From Octopus sinensis (taxonomy: Eukaryota), in the NCBI RefSeq assembly GCF_006345805.1, contig NC_043006.1, positions 14,322,001 through 14,386,000 on the forward strand: a DNA stretch of 64,000 nt, given 5' to 3'. This document shows positions 63,598 through 64,000 of the stretch, piece by piece. The notes below the pieces were generated by a model. That model was not told where the DNA came from, did not search any database, and worked only from the letters and a program-made list of their open reading frames with translations. Each line of letters opens with the position of its first letter. Position 1 is the first letter of the stretch. The translations under genes and the position numbers were made by a program.

Positions 63598-64000
63598 TCT
63601 ATATATATAAAACTGTAGTTGTGTGAGTGTCTGTCCCCTTCGATTTAGATTCCTAACTACTCCCACATTTTGCGGTGCAGTTTAACCAAATTCGGGTATC
63701 TTATAGTCGTGATTCATATCGAGCCTGTCTGAGTATTAGCGTGCATCTACGATGAGTCTATGATTTTAAAAATAATTTAACATCATTTTTTATTCCATTT
63801 TAATGCATAATTTTTCGTGTGTCGATGGCGGCGGAGTTGGCATCCATAGTCACACCTGCACCTGTTTGCTTCTCCCCCTTCTTCCCTCCCTCATGAAGCT
63901 GTGGGGAAGGGAGTGTAAGGAAATCGATGTCGTAAAGTGTTGTCAAGGAGACCAGCGTTCTTTTAGAACAACGACTTCATGGCTTGAAGACACCAAAACA
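63598..64000 (+). mobile_element. Helitron 5' part running off the window
   Basis: A|TCTATATATATAAAACTG start. About 63650-63800 is homologous to the reverse complement of 44170-44330. Confidence 0.65.

Overview
This is AT-rich, repeat-dense animal genomic DNA. The SINE repertoire and the (TA)n/(CAT)n/(AAT)n microsatellites resemble Octopus as I remember it; that attribution is unverified. Two spliced genes lie head-to-head. (1) POP1 (RNase P/MRP subunit), minus strand: four coding exons at 9349-9427, 5967-6151, 2375-2617 and 776-863; it continues off the left edge and has non-coding 5' exon(s) probably near 27.8-27.9 kb. (2) RIDA/HRSP12 (RidA/YjgF/UK114 deaminase), plus strand: complete, six exons spanning 28502-57944, 135 aa. 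The rest is layered transposon debris: at least five tRNA-derived SINE families; RTE, CR1 and R4/Dong LINE 3' ends; mariner, pogo/Tc2, hAT, piggyBac and possibly Merlin MITEs; non-autonomous Helitrons; Penelope-like remnants. Most notable: minimal type I hammerhead ribozyme motifs in introns (two with complete topology, two degenerate); a near-perfect 56-bp inverted repeat or MITE at the centre of the putative POP1/RIDA bidirectional promoter; the same head-to-head POP1-RIDA arrangement as in human; and several long intronic fold-back hairpins. All coordinates were read by eye. Repeat boundaries may be off by a few to tens of bases.
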